From Octopus sinensis (lineage: Eukaryota), in assembly GCF_006345805.1 (NCBI RefSeq), contig NC_043010.1, forward strand, positions 50,778,001 through 50,842,000: a stretch of 64,000 nt of DNA, written 5' to 3'. Shown piece after piece: positions 22,840-37,093 of the stretch. Position 1 is the first letter of the stretch, and every line of letters starts with the position of its first letter. The notes beneath the pieces are model-generated. The model was given only the letters and a program-made list of their open reading frames with translations, did not search any database and had not been told where the DNA came from. The position numbers and the translations under genes are program-made.

Positions 22840-24420
22840 GTCTGAGAACTGTCCACTTGAAACAGGTGGAAAATCATTCTTTGATAATTTTAAAACTTGT
22901 AGTAGACAAACGAGTACAGAGTACAGAATCTTTTAGTGAAGGCTGAGTAGCCTCATTACTCAGAGAGATACACAGAGCAACAAAATCTTACTGCTGTGAT
23001 ATTTCTGGACAATTGTACTGACTCAAAAGAGGTTGATGCTACAGAACAGTAAAACAATTGACTCGAGTAAGATTTCTCGATAAAAATATGAACTACAAAA
23101 ACCTCTCTCTTTCTGTCCATATAAGTATTTGCACTCTAAATATAAAAAGGACATTTATCTGTGCTAAATTTTTGGGTAGTCATGAGTTTAAAATTTTGCC
23201 TCAACAATTCACATTTGAGTCACAGAGCCAGTGAAAAACCTTATTACTGTGATATTTGTGGAAAATCATTTTGCTACTTTTTGTGGGTCTTTTGGTTAAT
23301 GTCACAAAGACATGTCAGGAATATGCCTTACGTTAACCAGATAAATTTCAAAGAGTTTTCAAAGAAATATTCATGTAAAGTTGTAAGAAATGCTACACCA
23401 ATATGTCATACTAAACAGACAGATAATAAAAACAGGCATAAGGTTCATTTCAAAGAAATATTCTTGTAAACTTATGAAAAATGCTACAACAAAATGTTAT
23501 GTTAGGTAGACATAAGCTTCATTTCAAAGAAATGTTCGTGAAAAGTTTTAAGAAATGCTTCACCAAAATGTCACATTAGGTACACAGATAATAAAAACAG
23601 GCATAAAGTTCATTTCAACTAAATATTCTTGTAAACTTGTGAAAAATGCTACACCAAAATGTTATATTAGGTAGACATAAGTTTCATTTCAAAGAAATAT
23701 TCACGTAAAGTTATAAGAAATGCTACACCAAAATGTTATATTAGGTAGACAGACATAAGGTTAATTTTGGTTGGGTTCCTGTTTTTATAACTTCATTAGA
23801 GAAGCCAGGTAGTGTCTATGACCCTTGCAGGCTCTAAAACACAACAACACTGTGGAATGTGTGGTAAAACATTATCTAAACAAAAACCATTCACTTTACA
23901 CAGAAAAATTCATTGTTGTTGCAGTCAGGTTTATGAAAATTTCAATTTTTTTTTTTAATATTTTAATTCTCTCTAAACAGCGGTACTTCAGGAAAAAAAA
24001 AACATTATGGTACACATTGGAGGAAAGCCCCATCATTGTGAAATTTGTGGGAAATCTTCTCTGAATATTCAACACTTGTGAATCCTAAATGTGTCTGCAT
24101 TCAAGAAAATCCCTACCACTGTGAAATTTGTGGAAAATATTTTGCCGGAAATAGTTATTTAAAGAAATATGAAAATTCACATTACAGAAAAATCTTATCA
24201 CTGTGAGCTCTATGGTAAATCCTTGAAGACATTAAACTTGTAGTCCTCACACATATTTGTAGGATGAATCTGTATCACTGTGTAATGTGAGGAATTATTA
24301 TCTGTCTGTGAATTCTTGCTTTCTACTTCATAAACAATGATGCGTTATGAAAGACTTATTTGACAGAAATTTTACTTCAGTGCCTACAATTTATACAGCA
24401 AGAGTACATTAATGCATGAT
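22840..24420 (+). pseudogene. Decayed C2H2 zinc-finger gene
   Basis: Remnants SEKPYYCDICGKSF (about 23230), GGKPHHCEICGKS (about 24020) and ENPYHCEICGKYF (about 24105), with stops and frameshifts. Confidence 0.75.
23358..23760 (+). repeat. Minisatellite with 91/74/91/74/~73-bp units (165-bp higher-order repeat)
   Basis: Units start ttcaaagaaatattc-like at 23358, 23449, 23523, 23614 and 23688. Confidence 0.9.
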
Positions 24421-26399
24421 TTGTGGTGCAAAGTAATTATACTCAATGACATATAAGAGTGCTGACTGTAATATCTGCATTAAATACTTTTGACAGAAAT
24501 TTGGCAGAGAGACAAAAATAAATATATTCAAAGGATAGAAAAACCTGTTCAGTTTAATTTTCATAGCAAAACTGTCATAGGAAAATTTTCATTGATATAA
24601 CATGAAAAGGTTCACAAATTTAATAAAAGTTTATTGAAGAAGAAAAAGATTGTGAAACAATCATTTCTTACAGCTTCATTTCTTATAGCCAAAATTGAAG
24701 ATCTTTGGACAGAAAAAAAATTATCAAAAAGTTCAATGATACGATTTTTAATATTTATCGTGAAAATTTCACTGAGATAATTTTAAAGAAAAAAATAGTC
24801 AAGATTTGTTGCTCACAAAATTTGGACAACAGCTTACCAGATATACTCTTGAAGAGGTAAATATTTTTACATTTTTATGTAACGCCATGGAGCAATGCTT
24901 CTTAAACTGGAGAATAGTTCATTCAAGAATGGATGAAACTAAGATGAATGAATGATGAATGATAATTTACTCAGACAATATTTTTTCTATTTTTGCTATA
25001 CTTAACCTGTAACTTCATCTACTTTAATGCCAGAAGCATAACTTTATATATTTATCATCATGATCATCATTTAGCATCTGTACTTCATGCTGGCAGGGAT
25101 TGGACCTGATACATATGTATTAATCAAGAATGAATTCTGTCTACACTCAGGAGACTCGAGTTCCATTTTTTTAAGTAATCTGAAGGTAGACTATGCCATT
25201 TTCTTGTGGTAACATTCTGTATTTGCTACTGTAATCAACTTCAGTATTTTGTGAATTTTGATTTAATAAACCACTACTGCTGGAGACAAAACCAGGATAG
25301 CATGGGAACAGCACATGGATCATTATTTCCAAACATTAAGGTCAGTGTATCCAATATTTTAGTTACGGCTGTAAAATCCATATCCATTATTTCACTTGCT
25401 CCGTGGGATAGTTGGTGATTCATTGGATTTGTAATTACTTCAAATAGTGTCACAAAATGATACTCTTTATTTCAGGGGTAAGTGATGCATTAAAAAAAAA
25501 TGCCAGTATTGTTCTTCATTATCACCTCTTTATTTACTTATTTGCAATATTCATACCAGTTGACCATATATTTTTGAAGATTTCTTAAACACTTCTACAT
25601 AGACTTGAATTTGCTGAGGATGATCTTTTACCATTTTTCTTGCTGGCAGATTAAAACATTGTCTTTGTTGAAGTATCTAAAGAAACCAGCTGTAAAGGAA
25701 GAACGGGTAAAAGGAAACAGATCAGTAACGAGAAAGTGAAACAAACAGCAGTCAGGAGAAGATATGTTTAGGAGACATGTCTCTCATGAAAGATAAAGAA
25801 ACTGCCTGATAACAAGGTAAACAATGCAGTTATCTGATTACAGGTGATGACTCTGTTAATGATATGAACGAGGGGAAACTTAAACAGAAAAAGAAATACA
25901 AGAACCAAAGTACCTCCTTCTCAAAATTCAAGAAAATTGGAAAAGAGAATATCAAGATTGAATTTTTTCCTTTCTCAAAAGAACCAAACCAGCCATATTC
26001 TTTCAGCTTGGTGCAACCAGCCAGTACCTGGCACCTTCAAAATTAGACCCATTTAAGACAAAAAACAACCTGCAATAATCAAAACAAGTATAGTTTTTCA
26101 AAAAACCCTCATATTTGTGAAAGTAGAAAAATTTCTTCCATTCACTGGTGAAGAAGGAATCAATGATTAAAAATGGCTTTACCTTGCCTCTTTCTTCAAG
26201 TAGAATATGTAGTCATGAACGATAAAAATAATCCATACATAGAAGCTGATAAAGGTGTGAAACCATGTAAGAAAGAAAAGAGATAAAGTAGTGTAAATTC
26301 TTTTAACCAATGACAAAAGAACGAGGATATTAATCATGAAAAATATTCAGGAGTCTACAACTGACACAAAAATTTAGACATCAAAGATAGAATCAGATC

Positions 26400-29170
26400 T
26401 GCTAATAATTGCCTTTATTTACTGCATCAAAACTCTGGATGAGTTTGCGTCACTTATGCCTCAGAAATAGACAATTTTACTGACAGTCATATGAAAAAAG
26501 AAGAAATGAAATTGATCATAAATGTCCATAAGAATCACAGCAACTCTTGAGGCAGCAAAGAATTACTTGAAAAGATCCTACTTGGATCTTGTCCCCTACA
26601 ACTGATCTAGGATCAATGACTTGAAGACTCATCTTAATTCTCTTAAGAACAAGACTGAAGATAACCAAAAATACAGTCTGTCAAACAATCCCATTTGTCC
26701 TGCAATCTTATCTCATTCCATCTTCCCTACTTCACTCTCAAATCCTGACACCATGGCTGCCAAAGCCACCACCAAAATAGTGACTGAACATTCCAAAAGA
26801 AAGAAGTGGCTTTCATGACCGTTTGATTGCTGAAGAGAAGACCTGGATTATTACATGATGACGGAATTGTTGGAAGCACCATTTTTTGCTCTGCAGTTTT
26901 TATGCTATGAACATTAAGAATGATGCCCAAGTTATTGAGCACAGTCGTTTCCCGAACCAAAGCTTAAGAAAAATTGTCAAACATTCTCAATTTTGCTTGT
27001 AAGTCAGAGACAAAATTATAGATGAATTTATTTTCTCCAAGCTTCATGAATTCATAGGAAATGAAGATTTTTCTCAGAGGAAATGTATTGCCATGACAAC
27101 AGATGATGCAACAGCCATGATGACTCAGTAATAGCAAATAATACTACTATAACTGAATGCCGATTAGACAATATTTGATAAGAATTCCACAGAGTAATCA
27201 CAGTTACCTAGTGCTCCGAGTAGCAGTGAGTGCTAGTCATAGAAGCTGTAAAAGTTTCATATATTCAGTGACCTGTTTGGTACAGCAGTGAAGAAAAAGA
27301 GAATGCCATCCACCAAGCACCGGTGGTTTCCTCTTAACAATTATACAAAGAACAATGAGACAAGATGCATCAATGAACTCATAGAAACCAAAAGTGAGTT
27401 TACTGTGGTCGCAAGGAGAGATTGGACAGTCTGGAACATGCATCTCTTGGATTTCACAAATGCTAAAGTCCAAAAATATTTTATTTTGTTAGTCAGGAGT
27501 ATGTTGTCCAGGATAACAGAAATGAAAGACTAATGATACATATTGTACAAAGTCAAGAATCTGTTTTATGATTGAGTTCATTTTATATTCAGTGCCATTA
27601 TCACATCCTCAGAATCTAAATATCATTGTCTTGAATCAAACTCCTTTATTACTATATAAAACAAACAGAATTCAGTGTGTTGATTCAGGTTAATTCTTAT
27701 CAAAAACAGCACCAGAGAATGTCATTCATTCATCAATAGGGAATATGGTTTAAACTTCTTGTCAGGTTTCACTTCAGCATATGTTGAAAAATCAATGAAA
27801 ATATTAACAAAACTGGTATCTTATGAGTGTTCATTACTATGTTTCACTTTATTCATGTTCTTGATATCACAAAAGTCCATGATGTGACCTGCACATAAAG
27901 GATCATAGATTAAGAGACTTCAGCACCAGATGCTTTGTAAAATCCACTGACATTTTATCTATCTTACCAACAAGAACATGTGTAATTATAAAGAATGGGG
28001 GAAATACTTTTACCCCCCAAAACTAAAGTACAATGAAGTGCTTTCCCATAATACATGCTGTAGTATTTGAAAAATGCACACCAGACACAACCAAGTTGCG
28101 ATTTGTTATATAGGATATTGGTTATCTGAAAAGATAGGTGCAACACAAATTAATGGAACACCATCAGAGAACAGAAATCCTGTTATGAAAGATCAAAATC
28201 GTATCAAAGAAAAATCCCAGAATTGTTCCACTGTACACTGTTGTTTACAACAGGAAACATCAGCTGACAAGAAATTGGGCATTTGTAGCTATGGCCAGAA
28301 ATTGAAAGCACTGTTGCAAAATGTGGTGAAAATAGTCAATTCTATTATTCACCTACAAGCAAAAGAATTTCAACTGTTTTCAGAGCTATAAAGAGAATAT
28401 CTCCACAGATCAAGATTCTTCTCTTGTATTCTGAAGTTCAGTGGTTGTTACATGGAAGAGTCCTTGATAAAATGAAATGTTTGTACATTTTACTAGGCAA
28501 AGTAACAAGAAGGCAAGGCTTCACAATGATGATTTTTTTTTTTTTTAGCTGACCAAACTGTGTTACATGACTTTTGCTTTTTGAATATTTGAATCAGTTC
28601 ACTTGTCACTTCAAGGTAAAAAAAAAAAAGGTAACAACTTCAATGCCCTTGGGAAAGGAGAAGATACCATGAAAATTAAACATATGCCATAGCAATGTTC
28701 AGAAGGTAATTTCTCACATTTTGAAGTTTTTCAAAGAGAATAAGTGGGAAAGAAAAACACACTGATCTGGAGAAAACACTGAGGGATAGCATTTTTGGTT
28801 ATCAGAAGGACTGAAGAAATCAGATCCATTATCACCAACATTAAGTAGCAGATTTGGTGAACATATTAGAAGTGTTGATGGAGTTTCAGTATAACTTCAG
28901 TCATAAATCATCTTCTGAGATGTACTCCTACTGTGAAGACTATCAGCTGTTGGATAACTTGTTTTCCCTTCAATACACATCAACTGACTTGAAGGTCCTC
29001 CACCATTGGCAATAATGGCAATTTTTTTCCTGCTGAATGAGGATTTTCAACATTGGTAAGATTGCAAAAAAAAGAGAGAGAGAGAGAGAGAACAGAATTC
29101 ATTTCAGGCTGTTGATCCAATAATGTGAGTTGCTTTGGAAAAGAAACAATCTCAGAGAAACTTGGTAGCA
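26400..29170 (+). mobile_element. Fragmented hAT (Charlie/Buster-type) transposase fossil
   Basis: Remnants PFFALQ, KCIAMTTDDATAM, VHCCLQQE...VVKIVNSI and SEVQWL..GRVL, plus a GFSTL-like C-terminus. Interrupted around 27.2-28.1 kb. Confidence 0.65.
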
Positions 29171-32100
29171 GAATACAGGAATATCCTAGTTATTGGTGAT
29201 AAAAAAATATACATGTAAGTCTGGGTATAAGTCAACTGCTTGTCATTTATTTCTGATAAGCATACACAAGAAGGAAAAAAAAGCATTGATTCTAAGAATC
29301 TAATTCTAAATTCTAAAATTGTTGATTACTAATTTTATATAAAGTAGAAAAAAATTTTCATAATTTTTCCATCCTTAAATTTTTATCACTCTGATGAATT
29401 TTCTTTATACATTTTTAGGATGTCCAAGAAGTTGAATAATTAAACTTAAGATGAATTAATTTGTTTTTTGCTCATGTGAGAAAATCAATTATAATTAAAT
29501 AAAAATTATACAATGGAGTAAGATGAAAATTACTAAAAAGAAAAATAAACATGAGAAAATTTAGTTGTGGGTGAATGAAATTTCATGATAAGGACTCATA
29601 CATGAATGACACAAAAATAGTTTAAGAAGCACTGCTATAGCACAAGAGTTAAGCTGCTGGTGAACTGAATCAAAAGGACCAAATTCAATTCCTTTTTAAA
29701 GCGAATTTAGTTGTAAGTTAATGAAATTTTAAGATGAAGACTAGAGGGTGAATAACACAGAAATAGTTTAAACAACACTGCTATAGAGCAAATGTTTAAC
29801 CAAATTCAATTCCAATCTGAAGCAAATTCATTTTTGCCACTCATGCCATTGAGAAAGGTATAGGTTTCACACAACCACATTTCCTTCTCTATGAATTGAT
29901 GATTATTTTACTGAATAAGAAATTTCTATTTCCATGTTCCCCTTAGATTCCCCAGTACCAATAAGCACATTGCTGTGTTCCTCTATTACAGCAGATTTTA
30001 TAAAAGGATCGGATGGTATTAAGTTATTAAGTGTCTCTATTTTAACAAATTACCAATTGTTTTTCAGTGACACTTAGCATACACCACCATTAAACAAATT
30101 AAAAAAAGAGCTTTAGCAAGTCAATGAGGGCATTTGACTTGTCAGAAATTAAACTTCTCCCAAACTACATTCCACTGTCTTAAAAAGGCAAAAAAAAAAA
30201 AAAAACTGAATGGGTACATTAGAAAACATGATCCTGTATTAACCCTAGACAGATGGAATGATTGTGGTTGGAATGTTTTTGATCACTGGTGCACTTAATC
30301 AAGAGTGAACTGGATGCTAATCAACAGTAAGACAAGATCTTTGGTTTGTTTGTTACACTTCATAAAAAAGGTAATTTATCAAAAGCATTCCATCTTTTAT
30401 ATTGTATTTTAAGATAGCAGTCACCATGAACTATCCATAGATTGTGGATATAGTTTGTGCTGCTTTTTAACTTGAAGGGTTTAATTAGTCATATTAACCC
30501 CTGGTACTTATTTTATCAAACTCTAATTGTCAAACCGCAAAATTACAGTAGTAAAAAAAGACATAAATAGACACCAGCACCAGTTTTCAAACCAGTGTAA
30601 ACATAATCACAGACAAGGACACAAACACATACATCTACGACAGGCTTCTCCACAAGATATTGGTCAACCAGAGACTTGCTCATGGTGCCATGCATGAAAC
30701 CATGGGGTAATAATTACATTTTTCATTTTTTTTTTTTTTGTTGGCAATCAGCAGTTTTGAAATATTTTCAAAGCAGAAGATAACAAATCCAAATTTTCTT
30801 TCTTTTTTTTTTTCTTTTCTGCAGGAATTCAAGTATAAAATAAAATGTCAATGCAAACCAGTATTTCTGTTTTCTGTATTTGGTGACATGTCAGCTTGAG
30901 AATATCACCAAACTGTTCATTCTTTACTGCAGAATATCATTAAAAAAAATGTTTTTGTTCATTTTTGCAATACATATAGAAGTTTCCAGAAAAAAAAGAT
31001 TTGATTAATAATACTAGGATGAATATATATGGAAGGATTCATTAAATTGGTGGTTATTCAATGGAAATAAGCAGGAAGGAATGAGTTCATTTATAATAAA
31101 TGCGTGAGGCATGAACAGTAATATAATAATTTCATAAAATAAAATGTCATCTTTAAATTACAGTATATACATCATGTTTATAAACATATACAAAAAGAAA
31201 AAAAAAAGAGAGGGATAAAAAGAGATACTACAGAATATTTTGAAGATACACTCTTAATAAAGACACATTAAACATTAAATTCTTCCATTTGTGCATAGAA
31301 CATAGTTTAAAGAAGTGATTTTCAAAACACAAAATCACACATCTCATGATATAAATTTCCACATTTTGTTATGGTAGTATATTTGAAAAACTGTACAGTT
31401 GGATATATAACGTGAATTATCAAAGCAATACATCATGTCACCAGTCTGTAAGAGTTTGCAAAGGTGGTGGACACAGTCTCTTTTTCCTTTGACTAACTTA
31501 TAAAAAAAAAAATCAAAATATCATAATGATGTATAGGATATTAGTTATATATCATAGAAAATATCATTGAGATATACTGTAAAAAATACAGAAATGAGAA
31601 TAGTGTATTAAACTAGTATTAAGTGAATGACAATTTACATAATGCAAATTAAATGGAACAGTTTATCAGAAATATATTACATCATATAATTTGAGGAGAT
31701 GGAATGGTAGGGACTGCCCTATTGTGTAATTAAAAACAATTGCCTGATAATTAGAGACACAAGATGCATGTCTAGAAAGCCTGTCTTTCCTGTTTCAAAT
31801 TGCTGCTCATAACAGCCAATGTCTAGCTGTTTATATCTTATCAGCAACTAATGTAATTCATCTGTGGCCAAGATGATTAATTCATAACAGCTCAGTCCAC
31901 CTTGCTGTGGTAACTTAACTAGTTACTATAGCAAGGTGAAACAGCCTACAGTTGTAAGCATCAGGTTTTTCTTATTTCTGTTAATTTGCAGTGCAGATTT
32001 AACATCCTCCTATGGGGTATAGGATATTTAGGAATGGGCTGTTAGGATGACTTATCCTAAAACACTAGATGAAAACAAAATGCCCCTACAACCTGATGGC

Positions 32101-35100
32101 TTATGGGACTCCCCACTTACCTCTATATCACCATCACCTGAGGAAAATCAATCAATCAATATTATATTTATCTTCTGGCCTGGTATTTTGGGTGGTAGAC
32201 ACAATCCATTGTCCAATTTAACACAAACCCTTGGCTATCAAGTCCCTTTAGCAGATTCCACTCTGTTGCAAGCATTTGGGCCAGGTCTCCTGTCTAAGGA
32301 TAACCTCCTCGTTCACCAGTTTCAGAAGCCATGGGCAATGCCCTTCCTCCCCTGACTAAATTATTCAAAAAACAAAAAAAAAAATGGAAAAAAAATCATA
32401 ATGATTACATGAGCGTGCAGCAAAATGAGTTAAGATGCCCAATTAGGTGACTTCATTTATTAAATAAATGCCACAGGACAAAACACAAATATCACATCTT
32501 ATTGCCTTTAAACAAAACAGATCTATATATCTAAATAGATAAATTTTGTGGTGAAAATAAAGTCAGTCAAGATTGCAACTCAAGTCCAGTCCCTGGCTGT
32601 AGCCATTTGCCCACCATTTTAAGCCAACTAATACCATTAAAGGTCACGAGCCATGTGTATACAGGTATTTGTGCTTATTCAAATGAAAACAACATTTATC
32701 TCATTAGGATTAATGAAGAAGTGTTAGGAAGGGCATCCAGCCACAGAAACCAAGCCAAATTAGGCTGGAACCTGGTGCAGACTTCCAGCTCTGGTCAAAC
32801 TGTCCAACCCATGCCAGCATGGAAAACAGACATTAAAAAATGATGATGATGATGATGCCGGCGATGAAATATTTCTTTCAGCATTTCTTGTTAAAAAGCA
32901 GGAGGTATTTAAGCAAGAGTTAAATATGTTTTTTTTTTTATTTTAACAATCTGAAAGCAAAAGACATCTAACCATAATTCACATTCAATCGCTCATGAAA
33001 AGCAAGTGAAGACTGCAATATAAGGGCAGTACTTTTTTTGTGTCTATTTGACTTTCATTTTTTACACTAATATTTTGGGGCAAGTAGTGAAATTCACTCC
33101 ATCATATTTTAATTCCTCCATAAGTTTATGGGCATTTCATCATTGATATCAGCTTATAATTTATCTCGAGCCTCAACTTAAATCACACCCTAACATGTTA
33201 AAAAAAGACACATTGGACCATGAAGACAGAGATATTCAATGCCAGGAAACCTGACAGGATGGTTATGGAATGCCTTTGATTATCAGTCTGCTCAACAAAA
33301 GGTAACTAGGGCTCAAGAACAACTAAATGCATTACAGGGTTTAGATCCAGGCACCAGTTTCAATTTTAATTTTGCTATTAATTCTCTCAGGGTCAATAAA
33401 ATAAGTAATAGTTATTACACCAGAAATGGCTACATTTTTTTCCTTTTTCATCAACTGACCCCACCAAAAAAAATCAATATTTAACCCTTTTATTACCCAA
33501 CTGATGTTGCAATACATTGACTTTTATTTCAATTAAATTTGAAATTAACAAATTTAGTAAAATAATTTGTCGTCATTAAGTTGGTGTTTAGGACACCAAC
33601 CTTTTTGAAATTTTGACAGATTTTAATTCTGAACACTTTAAAACACAAAATGATGCATCATAGAAGGGTAGAATGAAGCAGGTTCTTCCTGTGTGAACTA
33701 TTCAGTTATAACAGTACAGAACATGTAGACAAACACAGGAGACCATCATGTGGCTCATAAAATTTCATGCTCCATACATTCACAATTATTTCAACAAAGG
33801 AGCTATTAGTCTGTGTCGCACAACCAATGAGAAACAGCAGCCAAATTGCTCTCAAATAACACTCCTTTGAAATCACACTTTGGACAAATGTAGTCACTTG
33901 TGCACAAAAAGGCAGGTTGATAACAACAGCAATGCATTTGTATGATCAGAATTAACTCGAGACTAAGCATTTCAAACTTGACCAAACGAATATAGCCATC
34001 AGTTGTATAGTCAATGGCTCATACTCAACCATCCTTCCCCTAAGAAACATTTTTAAGTATGCTTTAGGTGGATAAGATATTGGATATCCTTCACTTTGAT
34101 TGTGCCTATGATCATAACACTTTATTCTGCATTTCTTCAGTCTCCTTAGCTGTTGAGAATAAGTACTCATTAATCTAAGTATGTTCAACTTCAAACCAGA
34201 AGCCATATTCGGTCTAGATTTTGGTTCTGATTATAGACTTCATAAGATGGCCAATTTGTATCATAAACTATTTCATAAGGCAATGGTTAAGTCTCTATAC
34301 AATTACTCAACCTGCTAGAAATAGCAGCCAAATTCCAGCTTAAATCATACCCAACTGTTTTTATGTATAGAAATTATATATATATATATAATTTTAACAT
34401 CCACTTTTCCATGCTTGCATAGGTTAGAAGGAATTTGGCAAGGCAGATTTTCTATGGTCGGATACCCATCCTGTCACCAATTCTCACCTCTTTCCAAACA
34501 AGGTAATATTTGCCTATCACCAGAGGTGTTTCCATAGCAGGTTGGAAATGAAGGACACACTCAGTATGATGATGACACTCATTTACAACTATCAATGTGG
34601 TGCCTAGACAAGGGAACATACATATGACAAGTTTCCTTCAGTTTCCAGCTACCACATCTACACCCAAGGCTTTGATCAGTCCACAGTTATAATAGAAGAC
34701 ACTTGCCCAAGGTGACACACAGTGGGACTGTATACAAAACCACCTGATTGGAAAGCACACAGCCAACCCTACACTTATTTACACAATATAAATATAGCGT
34801 GTATGTGATGGTGGGGAGGAATGTATATATCATGTGTAAGTGCATTGCTAAATGATTTACTGGGTTGATTTATATAGTGGTCTCCTGCATAAATATGCAG
34901 TTTGAAATATTTAAATACGAGGTGAAAAGATGCTGTGACATTCATGCCTTTTTAAGGCCATTTTCCAGTTTAAATGAATGAAGTGGTTCCAGAAAGGAAC
35001 AGAAACCATATTGTGAATTCTACAATAACTCACTGTAACACTTGCCGCTACACTCATGTAATGATAGAAATTCCTTAATATTTGACTCCCTGATTATTCA

Positions 35101-35602
35101 TGTCCATCCTTGGGTTTTTTCTATCATAACTTCAACATTATCTGCCAGTCACCAAATAGCCATACTACTCAAAATTCAAAAAAGTCTCAGAAGTTTCTTT
35201 CAGTCTTGTTATATTCATAAATTCAATAATGGCATTTCAATATTCCATCTTGTGTGCAAAAAAAAAAAAATCTTTGTGATTAGGAATTGCTGTGTCATTC
35301 TTGAATGTTTTGCCTTATGTTTCCTTCTTTAGAACTTCAAAGTGACCATCTATTAGTAGAACAATTTAATTGGGTGACCTCATCAAGCAATGAACAGGAG
35401 AAAAAAAAGAAATATCTTACTCAGAAAGAAAAGTTTATCCCTTATGTATTTGTGTCCAAATCAATCAATTTATATCCAATATATGTCCTCACACACAAAA
35501 TTAAAAGTTTAAATTCTTTTGATTGCATGTATTTTTGTATGCCAAGAAAAGTTCTTTACTTCATCAAATCCTCTGCTTGTAAACCTCATGACAATACGTT
35601 CC

Positions 35603-37093
35603 TCAGCCAGTGTGTATTGCTAAATGCTTTACTATATCTGTATATTGAGAAAAGATTTCGCCACAAAGTTGACAGGGATAAGGACCATCTGCAGTATGTG
35701 TTCTTGTGTGGTCAGATAAAAGGCGTTTTGTTGTGAATGCCTCACCACAAATCTTACATTGATAAGGTTTCCCACCATTGTGCATTCGCAAATGTTTTAC
35801 AAGAATGCTATTTTGGGAAAACGTTTTCTTACAAAACTCACAAACATAGGGCTTTTCTCCAGTATGAATTCGTCTGTGTCTTACGAGAACACAGTTTAAA
35901 GTAAATGTTTTCTTACAAAACTCACAGGCATATGGCTTTTCCCCTGTATGTATTCGTTTATGCCTTCCCAGTTCGTTAATTTGAGAGAATCTTTTTTCAC
36001 AAGTATCACATTTAAATGGTCTCTCTCCTGTGTGTACACGTATATGTCTTTCCAGATCACAATTCTGTGAGAACGATTTTCCACAAGTCTCACAGCGATG
36101 AGGTTTTATACCCGAGTGGGTCAATTTGTGAATTTTTAAATGGCTGTTCCGAGAAAAGAATTTCCCACATACATCACAAGGGTAAGGTTTCTCCCCAGAA
36201 TGTATTCGCTTGTGTCGGTCTCGATCGCTTTTACGAGTGAAGGAATTTCCACAAACATCACACTGGAAAATCTTTGCTCTGAAATGTGTTTGTATGTGTC
36301 GAGTTAACTTCTTATTAGCGGGAAAAGATTTCCCGCAAATATCACAGGCGTATTGAGGTATAATTGAAGATAATGTCGAAACAGGTCCAGAAGCATCCTT
36401 GTTACCATCTTTATCTGCCTTGCTTATCTCCCCATGTTTAATGAACGGAGGTAAAAATGAAGACAATGATGAAACGGGTCCAGAAGTATCCTTGTCACCA
36501 TCTTTCTCTGGCTTGCTTATCTCCCCATGTTTAATGAACGGAGGTAAAAGTGAAGACAGTGTTGAAACAGATTCAGAAGTATCTTTGTTATCATCTTTTT
36601 CTCCTTTGTTTAGCTCTCCATGTTTAATATATTGAGGTAAAAGTGAAGTCAATGTTGAAACAGAATCAGAAATATCCTTCATACTACCTTTCTCTGTTTT
36701 ATTTCTCTCTCCATGTTTACTGAATTGAGGTAAAAGTGAAGGCGTTGTTGAAACAGATTCACAAGAATTATTGTTATTATTACCTTTTTCTATTTTGTGC
36801 ATCCCTCCATGTTTACTGTATTGAGGTAAAAGTGAAGTCAATGTTGAAACAGATTCAGAAATATCCTTCATACTACCTTTCTCTGTTTTACTTATCTCTC
36901 CACGTTTAATGTATTGAGGTAAAAGTGTAGAGAATGTTGAAACAGGTTCACAAGAATTTTTGTTGTTACTACCTTTCTGTGTTTTGTGCATCTCTCCATG
37001 TTTAATAAACATGTCTTTTGAAGGGGATGTATCCCCACAAACTTCACAAACATAGGAAACCTCTTTACCCTGTGACTCTTTCTGTTCAGACAT
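35603..37093 (-). CDS. C2H2 zinc-finger protein B (496 aa): one N-terminal finger, seven ~31-aa repeats, nine C2H2 fingers
   Basis: Intact paralog of gene A. Acceptor tttgcag just upstream of 37178; ATG (MSEQ) at 37093. Extra finger YVCEVCGDTSPSKDMFIKHGEMH. Confidence 0.92.
   Translation of the reverse strand: MSEQKESQGKEVSYVCEVCGDTSPSKDMFIKHGEMHKTQKGSNNKNSCEPVSTFSTLLPQYIKRGEISKTEKGSMKDISESVSTLTSLLPQYSKHGGMHKIEKGNNNNNSCESVSTTPSLLPQFSKHGERNKTEKGSMKDISDSVSTLTSLLPQYIKHGELNKGEKDDNKDTSESVSTLSSLLPPFIKHGEISKPEKDGDKDTSGPVSSLSSFLPPFIKHGEISKADKDGNKDASGPVSTLSSIIPQYACDICGKSFPANKKLTRHIQTHFRAKIFQCDVCGNSFTRKSDRDRHKRIHSGEKPYPCDVCGKFFSRNSHLKIHKLTHSGIKPHRCETCGKSFSQNCDLERHIRVHTGERPFKCDTCEKRFSQINELGRHKRIHTGEKPYACEFCKKTFTLNCVLVRHRRIHTGEKPYVCEFCKKTFSQNSILVKHLRMHNGGKPYQCKICGEAFTTKRLLSDHTRTHTADGPYPCQLCGEIFSQYTDIVKHLAIHTG

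Noticed and set aside
23358-23760. CRISPR-like regular repeats
   Set aside because: Eukaryotic context, no unique spacers and no cas genes; it is a tandem minisatellite.
28074-28391. Domesticated hAT gene (ZBED5/GTF2IRD2-like)
   Set aside because: Multiple stops, frameshifts and interrupting insertions indicate a fossil.
33700-34210. Cys-containing short ORFs or a possible mitochondrial insertion
   Set aside because: No frame gives a recognisable protein under the standard or invertebrate mitochondrial code by inspection.
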